64,000 bases of DNA from an uncultured Candidatus Saccharibacteria bacterium (lineage in GTDB: Bacteria > Patescibacteriota > Minisyncoccia > Phycocordibacterales > SIBU01): contig CAYHDB010000001.1 of the NCBI GenBank assembly GCA_964355335.1, positions 23,387-87,386 of the forward strand, written 5' to 3'. The stretch's first letter is position 1, and each line of letters begins with the position of its first letter. The notes under the pieces are model-generated. The model saw nothing but the letters and a program-made list of their open reading frames with translations. It was not told where the DNA came from and did not search any database. This document shows, in pieces, positions 17,156 to 26,973 of this stretch. A program made the position numbers and the translations under genes.

Positions 17156-17734
17156 ATGAAATCAAAAATTAAAAAGCGAATTAGAAACAAAAGATTGCAG
17201 ATTGGAGTCATTGGGCCTGCCGGAAGAGAGGAATATTTGGCAGGCGGTGGTGCATCTGCAGAAACATTAAAGCTTGCTCGAGAGGTCGGGCGTCTTTTGG
17301 CGGAGCAAGGGGTCACCGTGGTAACTGGAGGCAAAAGTGGAATTATGGAGTCGGCAGCGGAAGGTGCTAAAAGTGTCGGAGGAATGACTGTAGGTGTCGT
17401 AAGTGGTGGAAATCGTTTTGTCGCCAATCCATTTATTGACATTGAGATACCAACAGGTGTGTCCGCGTCTGGGTATGACGAGTTTCTTCTTGTGCTTATG
17501 TGTGATGCTTTGATTGTGCTCGGTGGGGGCGCAGGAACTTTGGAGGAGATAACCATCGCATACCGCAATAAAAAACCAATGGTCGTGCTTCAAGGTGTTC
17601 CGGGTTGGGGTAGGAAACTCCTGTCTGAAAGATATCTGGATTCCAGGAAAACAGTTAAATTAGAAAAAGCGTCTACTGCCCCTGAGGCTGTTTCGAAAGT
17701 GATTTCTTTGGCGACAGCGATATTGGTAAAATAA
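17156..17734 (+). CDS. LOG-family protein (TIGR00725-like Rossmann-fold nucleotide-binding / phosphoribohydrolase-like)
   Basis: IGVIGPAG...VVTGGKSGIMESAAEGA...LGGGAGTLEEITIA (GGxxGxMEA and PGGxGTxEE motifs). Confidence 0.7.
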   Translation: MKSKIKKRIRNKRLQIGVIGPAGREEYLAGGGASAETLKLAREVGRLLAEQGVTVVTGGKSGIMESAAEGAKSVGGMTVGVVSGGNRFVANPFIDIEIPTGVSASGYDEFLLVLMCDALIVLGGGAGTLEEITIAYRNKKPMVVLQGVPGWGRKLLSERYLDSRKTVKLEKASTAPEAVSKVISLATAILVK

Positions 17735-17940
17735 AACAATGAAAAAAAATAAATCAAAAGTTAGGGTTTTAAATAACGAAAATCACCATAACCAGCTCTT
17801 GTGGAAAGAGATTGGTTGTGTTTGAGACGGCTCAATTTTTTATACACACATTCAATCCCTTTCCAAAAGGGATTTTTCTTTTTGGGAAATGAAATCGATT
17901 GGTTCATTGACAAAAAAATAACAAACGAAAGGGTGCACAT

Positions 17941-18765
17941 ATGTACACAAATAAATTGGAGATCTCATCACGAGACAATCTGATTATATTAGATGATAGA
18001 AGCGGGGAAGTTCTTCCTTCAGACGAATTTCTGGTAGGCAAGATGAAGGAGGCTGGCTGTGCCAAAGTGTTGCACATACTTATGCAAATGAGATTGGAAA
18101 ATGATTTATACAAAATCATACAGGAAAAGTTTTTTGACCCTAGTTCAGACAAGGTTGGCCTGTGTGTTTTTCCCGGCAGAAGTGCCCATAAAATTCGTGA
18201 GAGAAACGAGGGTCAGAACAATCATTCCGAAAGTGTATTTGGTCGCAGTACTTCTGTGTCTGTCCATGCCTCTCGTCGGTTCGATGCCTTTGGTAATGCC
18301 ATAGTTACTGTCGGAGAGGTCATGCGTGGACGGATTGTTTGTCCAGAAGTAAGGATAATAATCGTGGTTGATGATGTGATTAGCTCAGGGGCAACGTGTA
18401 GGAAGCTGTGTGATCGTAACCGTTATAAGTTTCCGCGCGCTGAGTGGTATGCATGCGGATGCGTATCAAGGCAAGAAAAGATTCCTGGTTATAAAGAAGT
18501 TATTACGCCACTTCTTGTCCCGCTCGATACCCTAGGATTAAAGGTGCCCATCAATTCTCTCAGTACACTTATTGACGGGGAAGATGTTGTGGGCGGTGAA
18601 TATGCGAGAAAACATTGTTTAACCCCGGACATCTTTGTGAAGGCGCTTGCTTCCGTAAGGTCAAGGGATGAATTTTCTCAAAAATCCCAAAGACAGTCGC
18701 AGGCAAACGTGACTTCACTGCTTAATTCCTTGAGTAAAGCAACTATAAACCTATCGCCTTTTTAG
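17941..18765 (+). CDS. Phosphoribosyltransferase (PRTase type I) domain protein with N- and C-terminal regions of unknown function
   Basis: PRPP-binding motif VRIIIVVDDVISSGAT at about residue 148 of 274. No ComF zinc finger. Confidence 0.55.
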   Translation: MYTNKLEISSRDNLIILDDRSGEVLPSDEFLVGKMKEAGCAKVLHILMQMRLENDLYKIIQEKFFDPSSDKVGLCVFPGRSAHKIRERNEGQNNHSESVFGRSTSVSVHASRRFDAFGNAIVTVGEVMRGRIVCPEVRIIIVVDDVISSGATCRKLCDRNRYKFPRAEWYACGCVSRQEKIPGYKEVITPLLVPLDTLGLKVPINSLSTLIDGEDVVGGEYARKHCLTPDIFVKALASVRSRDEFSQKSQRQSQANVTSLLNSLSKATINLSPF

Positions 18766-18849
18766 TGTGCTCGCAAATTAAAGGAAGTATGTACAATGTT
18801 GTCCACCGTAGGATTATTCGGAGATCTAGTCCCGCACCTATCCACTGTC

Positions 18850-18878
18850 GTTTGCAGGCCCAAGATAAAAATCTTGGG
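18850..18878. terminator. convergent terminator hairpin
   Basis: cccaagat-aaaa-atcttgggcttttt. Confidence 0.6.
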
Positions 18879-18882
18879 CTTT

Positions 18883-19365
18883 TTATATTCTATATTCCTG
18901 TATTCTAGGTTTGATTACGTCCAGTGCCCGTCTTAATCCTGAGATTTGTCGTCGTAATGTTTCTACTTGGTTGTTGGTTTTTTTCCAACTGTCGGTATCA
19001 TTTAACCTTTGAAAGCGTGAGACCGACACCTGATGCTGTGACTCTGCTTCCGCAAGCATTTTTTCAGCGCCCGTCATTTCTTGAGAAAGTCGACAAAATT
19101 CCTTTATGTCCGCGATTGCTTCAATGGCAACGCTGACAGGCTTTTCAATGGCAAATGATCCAAAATCTGTTGTGATGTAGCCGTCGAGTGTATTAGCGTC
19201 AAATCTAGGCCTTTCGGGTATTGTCCACGTATCAATCTTGTGACTCGCGAATACCTGACCGTAGATATTTTTATAATTAAACTCAATGTGGACTTGCGGT
19301 TGAAGGGTTTCTTTTTCAGTGTCTTGTTCCGTCAACACTTTCTCATTGCCTAGATTTTCACTCAT
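18883..19365 (-). CDS. hypothetical protein
   Basis: A 160-aa ORF downstream of the ABC efflux operon. No motifs recognised. Confidence 0.4.
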   Translation of the reverse strand: MSENLGNEKVLTEQDTEKETLQPQVHIEFNYKNIYGQVFASHKIDTWTIPERPRFDANTLDGYITTDFGSFAIEKPVSVAIEAIADIKEFCRLSQEMTGAEKMLAEAESQHQVSVSRFQRLNDTDSWKKTNNQVETLRRQISGLRRALDVIKPRIQEYRI

Positions 19366-19388
19366 AGCTGTATTTTATCACTAAAATC

Positions 19389-20627
19389 TTATTCATACCG
19401 TAAGGCTTCCATGGGACTCTTTTGTGAGGCGTGACGTGCAGGGTAGATACCGAAGACTAGACCGATTGAGGCGGAGACCACAATTCCTAAAATAGCACCC
19501 AACCAAGGGAAAGTGAATGGCCAAGAGATTGAGGCGAATCTTGTAAGTGCTTCACCGATTATGAAGGCAAGTCCTACACCTAAAATGATGCCGACTGCAC
19601 CTCCGATAACTGTAAGAACAACAGCTTCAATCAAAAATTGAGTCAAAATATCTTTGTTTGTAGCCCCGATAGATTTTCGAAGTCCGATTTCCTTTGTGCG
19701 TTCCGTGACTGATACAAGCATGATGTTCATGATGCCTACACCTCCGACGAAGAGGGAAATGGACGCCATTGCCACCAGGAAAAAGGTGAGTGCCGTGGTA
19801 ATCGAGCCTAGGCGGTCTGCGAGGTCAGCCTGAGTCTGAACGAAAAAGTCGTCTTTTTCCGGGTCGTCGATGTTGTGAGAATTGCGGAGTGTAATCGTTA
19901 CGTCTTCTGCCACTTGATTTATATTTTTGTCGCTATCGGCTTCGACAATCAGACGATGAAAAAATTTTATTCCGAAAATGTATTCCTGGGCGGTTGTATA
20001 AGGAAGTATTGCGATTTCATCAAAATTGAAAAAGGAAACCTGGCCCTTTTTTGGGAGGACTCCGACGACCCGAAAACTTCTGTTCTTTATGCGTATCTTC
20101 TCTCCGGTGGCATCTCTGCTTCCAAATAATTCTTCTTTTACTTTTGATCCGATTACGACAACCTCAGTACGGCTCCTGACGTCATCGTCGTTGAAGAATT
20201 GTCCACTTTCAGGGATAAGGTCAAACATTTCAGACATAAGCTCCGTCCCTCCGAAAATTGTTAGTCTGTATGTTTCATTTTCATAGATGCTTGTTTCTCC
20301 GCCAAACACCACTGGCATAATTTTAGAAAGGTTTGGGACATTCTGTCTTTTTTTGAGTTCTATAAGATCCTTTTCCTTTAGCGAGTCGCTGAAGATTTGT
20401 GCCGAATCGCTTGGTCCTTTTGGCTCGCGTCCAGGAATGATTGCGATAGTTTTTGAACCAAGGCCTTGTACTTGTGACAAAATAAAGTTCTGAGCACCCT
20501 TGCCAAGAGACATCACTAGGATAATCGCAGTAATGCCGATGACAATGCCAAAAATCGTCAAAAACGAGCGAGTTTTGTTTGTTTTCAACCCTGTGAGGGC
20601 GTTTTTGAAACTGTAATTAATTTTCAT
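19389..20627 (-). CDS. ABC transporter permease, MacB/FtsX family
   Basis: N-terminal TM, a large periplasmic domain, then a C-terminal FtsX-like 3-TM bundle (LVAMASISLFVGGVGIMNIMLVSVTERTKEIGLRKSIGA). Confidence 0.85.
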   Translation of the reverse strand: MKINYSFKNALTGLKTNKTRSFLTIFGIVIGITAIILVMSLGKGAQNFILSQVQGLGSKTIAIIPGREPKGPSDSAQIFSDSLKEKDLIELKKRQNVPNLSKIMPVVFGGETSIYENETYRLTIFGGTELMSEMFDLIPESGQFFNDDDVRSRTEVVVIGSKVKEELFGSRDATGEKIRIKNRSFRVVGVLPKKGQVSFFNFDEIAILPYTTAQEYIFGIKFFHRLIVEADSDKNINQVAEDVTITLRNSHNIDDPEKDDFFVQTQADLADRLGSITTALTFFLVAMASISLFVGGVGIMNIMLVSVTERTKEIGLRKSIGATNKDILTQFLIEAVVLTVIGGAVGIILGVGLAFIIGEALTRFASISWPFTFPWLGAILGIVVSASIGLVFGIYPARHASQKSPMEALRYE

Positions 20628-20628
20628 A

Positions 20629-21345
20629 TTATTTTACAAAGTGTTCATGCGCTTTTCTCCGATTTGTCACCTGCTGGTCGCTGACAATAAGACCATCTTG
20701 CAATCGGATAATTCTCTTGGCGTTTTCTGCAGTATAGGTCTCGTGAGTGATGAGAATAATTGTGTGGCCCGAGTCGTTCAATTTTTGGATAATATCCATT
20801 ACCACCTGTCCCGATTTTGAGTCCAGGTTTCCTGTCGGTTCGTCCGCAAAAATAATCGAAGGTTTTTGAATCAGCGCTCTGGCAATGGCTGCACGTTGGC
20901 GTTCACCCCCGGAAAGTTCGGAGGGCTCGTGTTCAAGTCTGTGTGAAAGCCCGACAGATTCGACAGCTTCTCTGGCAAGTCTATCCCACTGAGATTCGGG
21001 AACCTGGGAGTAGAGAAGGGGAAGTTTTACGTTTTCCAAAACGGTAGTTTTTGCCAGAAGATTGAAGGTTTGGAAGATAAATCCCACTTCTTCGTTGCGA
21101 ATTTTGGCCAGTTCATCGTCGCTGTACTCGGCGACGCTTTTTCCTTTGAACAGATAGATGCCGTTTGTGTGCTTGTCCAAAAACCCCAAGATATGTAGGA
21201 GTGTGGATTTTCCCGAACCGGAGGGGCCCATAATGGCGACAAAGTCCGCAGGCTCGATTTTAAACGACACCTCTTTCAGGGCTGTAGTGGCAAGTCCTTC
21301 GTCGGTGTAGGTTTTGCTTACGTTTTTTATTTCAATCAAAGACAT
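20629..21345 (-). CDS. ABC transporter ATP-binding protein (MacB/LolD-like)
   Basis: Walker A GPSGSGKST, signature LSGGERQRAAIARAL, Walker B IIFADEPTGNLD. Confidence 0.9.
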   Translation of the reverse strand: MSLIEIKNVSKTYTDEGLATTALKEVSFKIEPADFVAIMGPSGSGKSTLLHILGFLDKHTNGIYLFKGKSVAEYSDDELAKIRNEEVGFIFQTFNLLAKTTVLENVKLPLLYSQVPESQWDRLAREAVESVGLSHRLEHEPSELSGGERQRAAIARALIQKPSIIFADEPTGNLDSKSGQVVMDIIQKLNDSGHTIILITHETYTAENAKRIIRLQDGLIVSDQQVTNRRKAHEHFVK

Positions 21346-22893
21346 TTATTTGGTTTGTCCGGATACAATGACTTTCATACCTTCCGTGAGCCCGGAAATT
21401 ATTTCTATTTCTCCGTTGGAGCCTCTGATCCCAACTACCACTTCCGTCTCCAATGTTTTCTCAGGACCGTCGAGTGTCCTCACGAATTTTTTACCATTTT
21501 TTTCGAATACAGCGCGTTGGGGCACGGACAAAGCAGATTCTCTCGTCGCGGTAATTATGGTGGTATTTGCCGTCATTCCTGAACGGATTCGGGAATCGAC
21601 TTTGTCGAACTCCAATGTTGTCTTGTATGTCGGTACTCCGTCGATGACTGTTTCGGCCGGGTCAATCTTGATTACGTGCGCTTGAAACTCCACACCGCTA
21701 CCGTAAGCATCTAAGGTGATTATTGCGCTGTTGCCGATCGCGAGTTTTGCAACGTCAACTTCGGGGATAAATGCTTCAACTTTGAAATTGTCACTTTGTA
21801 CCGAAACAAGTGTACTGTTTGCGGACGATATTTCACCAACCTTTGCGTCTTGCTTTGTAATGATTCCGCCGATAGGGGAGACAATATAGGTTTTTGCAAG
21901 CAGGGCTTCCGCATTCATTACGTTTGCCTCGGCACTTTGTATGTCGGCAAGGGCTCCGGACAATACCTCTGTTGTGGCAGGAGCTTTAGCAAGAGCTAGT
22001 TCGTCCGCGGATGTTTGCACAGTAATTTTCTGAGTCGCAATCGCCTGGATTTGATCGGTGACATTTGTTATTGCGGTATTAATATTTGTTCGCGCTGTGT
22101 TGAGGGCGTCTTTGTCTGTGGCGAGAGTAGCATCGGAAAGATTGATGGCAGAATTGAGAGCCCGATTTGTTTTTATAAGAAAATCGTTGATCGATAAAAG
22201 TTTTTCTTTGGTATTTTTCAAAGCCTCTTCTTTGACACTGTTTATACTCATATCACTTTGCGATATGTTCTTCAGCTCAGTTAGTACGGCTTCTGCCATG
22301 AATCTGCCGCCTTGGGCGTCCAGTACCGCCTGTTGGTCGCTTGAATTAAATGTGAGTTGCGGGTTGCTTGAAAGTGCGTTGCTGAAAAGTATATCGGCTT
22401 GCCTGTGGGTGGCATTGTCGGCTTTGTTGAACGCGTCCAGGATAATGTTTTGAACAGAAGCATAATAGGTGGCCAAATCTGATTTTGCTTTTGCAAGACC
22501 GGATTCTTTTACGCTGATTTCTTCCGGCCTTCCACCTGCCTTTAAGTCATCATAGTGGGCTCCCTTTGATGCCAGTTTGGCCTTGGCGTCCTCGACATTG
22601 GCAAATTCAACCGTATTTTCCTGAGAAATTAACACTTGGCCACGAGTTGCCATATTTCCCACATCCACAAAAATCTTTTTTACTTTTCCTGTTTTTTCAA
22701 ATCCCAATTCGACAGCTTCCTTGGATTTGACAGCTCCGGACACTGTAATCTCTTGAGTAAGGTCTTTGCGTTCAGTGATTGTAGTGGTGAAAGCACCCTT
22801 TCCATTACCCGAACGGAACATATACGCAGTCACGATTAAGGCAACGACGATAATCGAGATGTACACTTTTTTCTTTTTCAATGCTTTAAACAT
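21346..22893 (-). CDS. HlyD/MacA-family periplasmic adaptor subunit with a long coiled-coil hairpin
   Basis: N-terminal TM, a long Ala/Gln-rich coiled coil, and a C-terminal beta-barrel/lipoyl-like segment. Operon context with the ABC ATPase and FtsX permease. Confidence 0.7.
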   Translation of the reverse strand: MFKALKKKKVYISIIVVALIVTAYMFRSGNGKGAFTTTITERKDLTQEITVSGAVKSKEAVELGFEKTGKVKKIFVDVGNMATRGQVLISQENTVEFANVEDAKAKLASKGAHYDDLKAGGRPEEISVKESGLAKAKSDLATYYASVQNIILDAFNKADNATHRQADILFSNALSSNPQLTFNSSDQQAVLDAQGGRFMAEAVLTELKNISQSDMSINSVKEEALKNTKEKLLSINDFLIKTNRALNSAINLSDATLATDKDALNTARTNINTAITNVTDQIQAIATQKITVQTSADELALAKAPATTEVLSGALADIQSAEANVMNAEALLAKTYIVSPIGGIITKQDAKVGEISSANSTLVSVQSDNFKVEAFIPEVDVAKLAIGNSAIITLDAYGSGVEFQAHVIKIDPAETVIDGVPTYKTTLEFDKVDSRIRSGMTANTTIITATRESALSVPQRAVFEKNGKKFVRTLDGPEKTLETEVVVGIRGSNGEIEIISGLTEGMKVIVSGQTK

Positions 22894-22894
22894 G

Positions 22895-23128
22895 TTATTT
22901 TTGTTGATTTTTCTTAATTATTTTTTGAGCTGAGGACAGATATGTAGCGAATTTTTGAAGACTCGACAATTTTGAGAGACCAAGCATATCCGTGCCTTTT
23001 GAAAACACGAGAAGCTTTTCGCCGGTTTTCAAATCTAGGGATTTTCTTATGTTTGCCGGAATTACAACTTGTCCCTTTTCACCCAATGTAGTAATTCCAA
23101 AAGTATGAGGAGTGGATTTTATATTCAT
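22895..23128 (-). CDS. AbrB/MazE/SpoVT-family DNA-binding protein
   Basis: TLGEKGQVVIPANIRKSLDLKTGEKLLVF is a swapped-hairpin beta-barrel motif. First gene of the efflux operon. Confidence 0.7.
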   Translation of the reverse strand: MNIKSTPHTFGITTLGEKGQVVIPANIRKSLDLKTGEKLLVFSKGTDMLGLSKLSSLQKFATYLSSAQKIIKKNQQK

Positions 23129-23250
23129 AAAATGTTTATAAATAAGTACGAAAAGTAGGATATATCATACTTTAACAATATTGAAAGTCAAAAGGTTGTG
23201 TGTGGTATAATCGATTTGTTATGTCAGATGTCGATACAGGCACCCCCAAT

Positions 23251-24123
23251 ATGACAGGTCCGAGAATCCTTGACGGAAGGACTCTTCGTGATGCAGGTAT
23301 TTTGAAGTTGAAAAGTGCGATAGGCCTAAGAGCCGTGGTGCCTACGCTGGTTATCGTTCAAGTGGGAAATCTATCCGAATCAAACGCATATATCGAGCAG
23401 AAGAAAAAGTTTGGGGAAAAAATAGGGGCTACCGTAATTCATCAAAAATTTCCCGATACGGTCGGGGAGGAGGAGTTGGTCAGGGCAATAATGGGATTTA
23501 ACCAATCAGGTGACGTCCACGGAATCATTGTGCAATTGCCAATACCTTCCGGGCTCACAAAACAGACAATTATAGATACGATTGACCCAAGGAAAGATGT
23601 TGATGGTTTGACTACTTCGAACAAGAATTTGTTTGAAGCCGGCGACAGGCGAGCTGTCGTGCCAGCTACCGCAAGGGGCGTATTGTCACTGCTTCGGGGA
23701 TACGGAATAGGGACTGTCGGAAAAAAAGTGACTGTTGTGGGGCGTAGCGCATTGGTGGGTTCCCCGATTGCCACCCTCTTGATCAGGGAAGGGGCTACTG
23801 TGACTGTGTGCCACCGAAGCACTTCCGACATTCCGGAAAAATGTAGGAATGCGGATATACTTGTAATCGCTGTGGGTTCACCTCGTCTTATAACAAAGGA
23901 CTATGTTTCTGTGGGGCAAACCGTTGTTGATGTGGGTATTAACTCTGTGGACGGTGAGAAGCTGGACGAGGAACTTCCTAAGAAGATTTTGGTGGGAGAT
24001 GTGGATTTTGAAACCGTAAAGGGAATCGTCGGGGCCATCTCTCCTGTACCGGGAGGAGTGGGACCTATGACCGTGCTTTCTCTGTACGAAAACCTGTGTG
24101 AAGCCTCGGGGATTAATTTTTAG
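23251..24123 (+). CDS. folD: bifunctional methylenetetrahydrofolate dehydrogenase/cyclohydrolase
   Basis: ILDGRTLR...PTLVIVQVGNLSESNAYI...HGIIVQLPIP...VVGRSALVGSPIA...ILVIAVGSP. Confidence 0.9.
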   Translation: MTGPRILDGRTLRDAGILKLKSAIGLRAVVPTLVIVQVGNLSESNAYIEQKKKFGEKIGATVIHQKFPDTVGEEELVRAIMGFNQSGDVHGIIVQLPIPSGLTKQTIIDTIDPRKDVDGLTTSNKNLFEAGDRRAVVPATARGVLSLLRGYGIGTVGKKVTVVGRSALVGSPIATLLIREGATVTVCHRSTSDIPEKCRNADILVIAVGSPRLITKDYVSVGQTVVDVGINSVDGEKLDEELPKKILVGDVDFETVKGIVGAISPVPGGVGPMTVLSLYENLCEASGINF

Positions 24124-24180
24124 GATAAGGTTTGTTATAATGGTCTCCCAATTTGATTATCAGTTAAATTATTAAAATAT

Positions 24181-24978
24181 ATGAGTCAAGAAGAGAAAAG
24201 TAATTTCATAAGTTACGCGAAGTTGTTGAAGGCAGGAGGTATCGCTCTGGCGCTTCTTTCTTTATTCCTTTTTACCAAGGTTATATCTGAGGTTAAGGGT
24301 TGGAAAAACATCGGAAATGCTGTGCCTCCTCAGACCGTAATCTCTGTATCGGGAAAAGGGGAAGTCATTGTTAAGCCTGACATCGCCAATTTTTCTTTCG
24401 GTGTTCAGGAAGAGTCGTTGACTGTCGATGAAGCTCAGACTTTGGTAGCGAAGAGCGAAAACGAAATCCTGGCTTTCTTGAAAAAGAGCGGAGTTTCCGA
24501 GGATGATATAAAAGTATCCGGATATAATATTTATCCACGTTACGACTATTTGAAATCAGGTTCTTACGGTATTGGTAAGCAGGTTTTGGTAGCCTATGTC
24601 GTAAGCGAATCTGTGGATGTGAAGGTTCGTAAAATAGGGGATGCCGGCAAGCTGATCGGAAGTTTAGGGGAACTTGGCGCGACCAATCTTAGTGGATTGA
24701 CGTTTAGTGTAGACAAACAAGACGAAGTTATGAAGCAAGCACGCGAGAAAGCTATCGCGGATGCGAAGGTGAATGCCAAGAAGCTTGCCAAAGAGCTCGG
24801 GGTATCGCTTGTAAGAATTGTAAACTTTTCAGAGAATGGCGGAGGTTACCCTGCGCCAATGTATTATGGCAAGATGGAGGCCATGAGTGCTTCCAATCAG
24901 GATCGTGCTACTCCAGAATTGCCAAGCGGAACAAGTAAGATTACCTCAAACGTTTCGGTTACTTATGAGATAAGGTAG
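24181..24978 (+). CDS. SIMPL (DUF541) domain protein
   Basis: N-terminal TM, then ISVSGKGEV..KPD...EDDIKVSGYNIYPRYDY...LSGLTFSV are SIMPL family features. Confidence 0.7.
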   Translation: MSQEEKSNFISYAKLLKAGGIALALLSLFLFTKVISEVKGWKNIGNAVPPQTVISVSGKGEVIVKPDIANFSFGVQEESLTVDEAQTLVAKSENEILAFLKKSGVSEDDIKVSGYNIYPRYDYLKSGSYGIGKQVLVAYVVSESVDVKVRKIGDAGKLIGSLGELGATNLSGLTFSVDKQDEVMKQAREKAIADAKVNAKKLAKELGVSLVRIVNFSENGGGYPAPMYYGKMEAMSASNQDRATPELPSGTSKITSNVSVTYEIR

Positions 24979-25016
24979 AACCGAATCTTATAGCAGAGAA
25001 CCAAATTACTGAATGA

Positions 25017-25049
25017 AACCCCGCCTCGACTGCAGTCGAGGCGGGGTTT
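25017..25049 (+). terminator. Rho-independent terminator
   Basis: aaaccccgcctcgactgcagtcgaggcggggttt. Confidence 0.75.
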
Positions 25050-25092
25050 GCTTTTAAACAAATTATGTGTTATAAAACTGCCAGGACAAATT

Positions 25093-25470
25093 ATGAATAT
25101 GAACATCGAACGTTTAGAGGAGATCGCTTCTACTCTTCAGGGTTACCGCATTCAGGTTGGTTTTGAGGCTCTGGTGGCTCTCGAGACTGAATTTGGGCTA
25201 TTTTTTGACGAACAGAAATCTGAGCCATTGGCCCTTGAGGCGTTGCCGGATTACGTCAAGGATTGCGCCCCAGTTGGCGGAGTAGTGGAGGCCGAGCATC
25301 TTCCCAAGTATGCTCAGGCCTGTATCCAGGCACTTACCTTACCGTGCCAGATCGCATCCATAGTGACGGTACTCGAGCTTCGGGAGTTTTTCGAGAGTTC
25401 CTACTACGAGACCTTTCGGGCTATGATAATGGGTTTCTCGGAGGATTTTCCGACCGAGACCAATTATTAA
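25093..25470 (+). CDS. hypothetical protein
   Basis: ORF only; the start at MNMNIERL is assumed. Confidence 0.35.
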   Translation: MNMNIERLEEIASTLQGYRIQVGFEALVALETEFGLFFDEQKSEPLALEALPDYVKDCAPVGGVVEAEHLPKYAQACIQALTLPCQIASIVTVLELREFFESSYYETFRAMIMGFSEDFPTETNY

Positions 25471-25581
25471 GATGTGGATGTTTAGGCAGGCCTGTAAGGC
25501 TTGCCTTTTAATTTGACAAAAACACGCATTAGAGTAGTATATTAGCCAAGCGGCCGAAAGGCCTTTTTTACTAAGAAAACC

Positions 25582-25758
25582 ATGAAATTAAAGGAATATT
25601 TGCAGGAAACAAAGGCGGAATTGGCTCATGTGAGTTGGCCGTCAAGAAAGCAGGCAATCGCTTATACGGTTATTGTTATCTTTTTGTCGTTCGCAGTGGC
25701 TTTTTTTCTAGGAGCTTTTGATTATATCTTTCAGACACTTTTGGCTAAAATTATATAA
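25582..25758 (+). CDS. secE: preprotein translocase subunit SecE (below the ORF-track size cutoff)
   Basis: MKLKEYLQETKAELAHVSWPSRKQAIAYTVIVIFLSFAVAFFLGAFDYIFQTLLAKII is a canonical SecE, placed directly upstream of nusG. Confidence 0.85.
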   Translation: MKLKEYLQETKAELAHVSWPSRKQAIAYTVIVIFLSFAVAFFLGAFDYIFQTLLAKII

Positions 25759-25778
25759 GTATCGATACCGCGAAGCAT

Positions 25779-26324
25779 ATGAGCAAACAAAAAATACAAG
25801 AAGGGCGAAATTGGTACGCGATTCACACCTATGCAGGGTATGAGAATGCTGTTGCCAGAAACCTAAAACAGCGTATTGAATCTTTGGGAATGGAAGACAG
25901 GATTTTTAATGTGCTTGTGCCGACAGAAAAGAAAATAAAGATAAAGGGAGGGAAGCGCGTTGAAGAAGAGGAGAAAATATATCCAGGATACGTATTGGTG
26001 GATATGACCGTTACGGACGATTCTTGGTATGTAGTCCGAAACACTCCGCGAGTCACTGGGTTCGTGGGTTCAGGGGTCTTTCCTGTTCCTCTGGATAAAA
26101 AGGAAGTGGACATACTGTTCGGCAGGATGAACTCAGGTACTGTAAAGCATGCTATCGAGGTGGAAGTCGATGACGCAGTCATTATTACCGACGGGCCATT
26201 CAAGGATTTGGAAGGAAAGGTTGGGGAAGTGGACAGCGAGAGAGGTAAGGTGAAGGTGTTGGTGAGTATGTTCGGACGCGAAACTCCAGTTGAGTTAGAC
26301 TTTTTACAAGTTAAGAAACTATAG
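25779..26324 (+). CDS. nusG: transcription termination/antitermination factor NusG
   Basis: NWYAIHTYAGYENAV...GYVLVDM...PVELDFLQV (KOW). Confidence 0.9.
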   Translation: MSKQKIQEGRNWYAIHTYAGYENAVARNLKQRIESLGMEDRIFNVLVPTEKKIKIKGGKRVEEEEKIYPGYVLVDMTVTDDSWYVVRNTPRVTGFVGSGVFPVPLDKKEVDILFGRMNSGTVKHAIEVEVDDAVIITDGPFKDLEGKVGEVDSERGKVKVLVSMFGRETPVELDFLQVKKL

Positions 26325-26445
26325 TAATATACGAACATACGAATTAACGAAAATACGAAATAATACGAACACCGTATTGACCTCACCGAAGTTTTCGTAT
26401 ATGTTCGTATATCTGTACCCATTCGTATTTTCGTATCAAAAAATT
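26325..26445. repeat. Palindromic word cluster (tacgaa / ttcgtat) between nusG and rplK
   Basis: atacgaacatacgaattaacgaaaatacgaaataatacgaac ... ttcgtatatgttcgtatatctgtacccattcgtattttcgtatc. Confidence 0.7.
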
Positions 26446-26447
26446 TT

Positions 26448-26873
26448 ATGGCAAAAAAAGCAGTAAAAAAATTAAAATTGTTGATTGAAGGAGGAAAGGC
26501 TAACCCAGCACCGCCTATAGGCCCTGCTTTGGGTCAGGCCAAGGTAAACATCGGTGAATTCGTCACCCGTTTTAACGCAGGGACTAAGGATATGAAAGGG
26601 GATATCGTGCCTGTGGAGATATCTGTTTATGAAGACCGTACTTTTGATTTGGTTTTCAGGACCCCTCCGGCAACATCTCTGATTTTGAAGGCTATTGGTA
26701 AGGAAAAAGGGTCAGGTAAGAACGTCACCAGTAAAGCCGGTACAATCACAAAGGCCAAGATTCGTGAAATTGCAGAGAAGAAACTCAAAGATTTGAATGC
26801 GAACACAGTAGAAGCCGCTATGAAGATTATCGAAGGATCCTGTCGCTCGATGGGGGTGGAGGTGAAGGGGTAG
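26448..26873 (+). CDS. rplK: 50S ribosomal protein L11
   Basis: [21 protein letters not shown]...[22 protein letters not shown]. Confidence 0.9.
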   Translation: MAKKAVKKLKLLIEGGKANPAPPIGPALGQAKVNIGEFVTRFNAGTKDMKGDIVPVEISVYEDRTFDLVFRTPPATSLILKAIGKEKGSGKNVTSKAGTITKAKIREIAEKKLKDLNANTVEAAMKIIEGSCRSMGVEVKG

Positions 26874-26908
26874 AAAATAGATTAAGGGTTTTTGATTTAG
26901 GATTAAAC

Positions 26909-26942
26909 AAAAAACCGCTCTGGCATACCAGGCGGTTTTTTG
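26909..26942 (+). terminator. Rho-independent terminator
   Basis: aaaaaccgctctggcataccaggcggttttttg. Confidence 0.75.
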
Positions 26943-26973
26943 TATACATATTTCTTTCGTAACAAGGCAGGGT

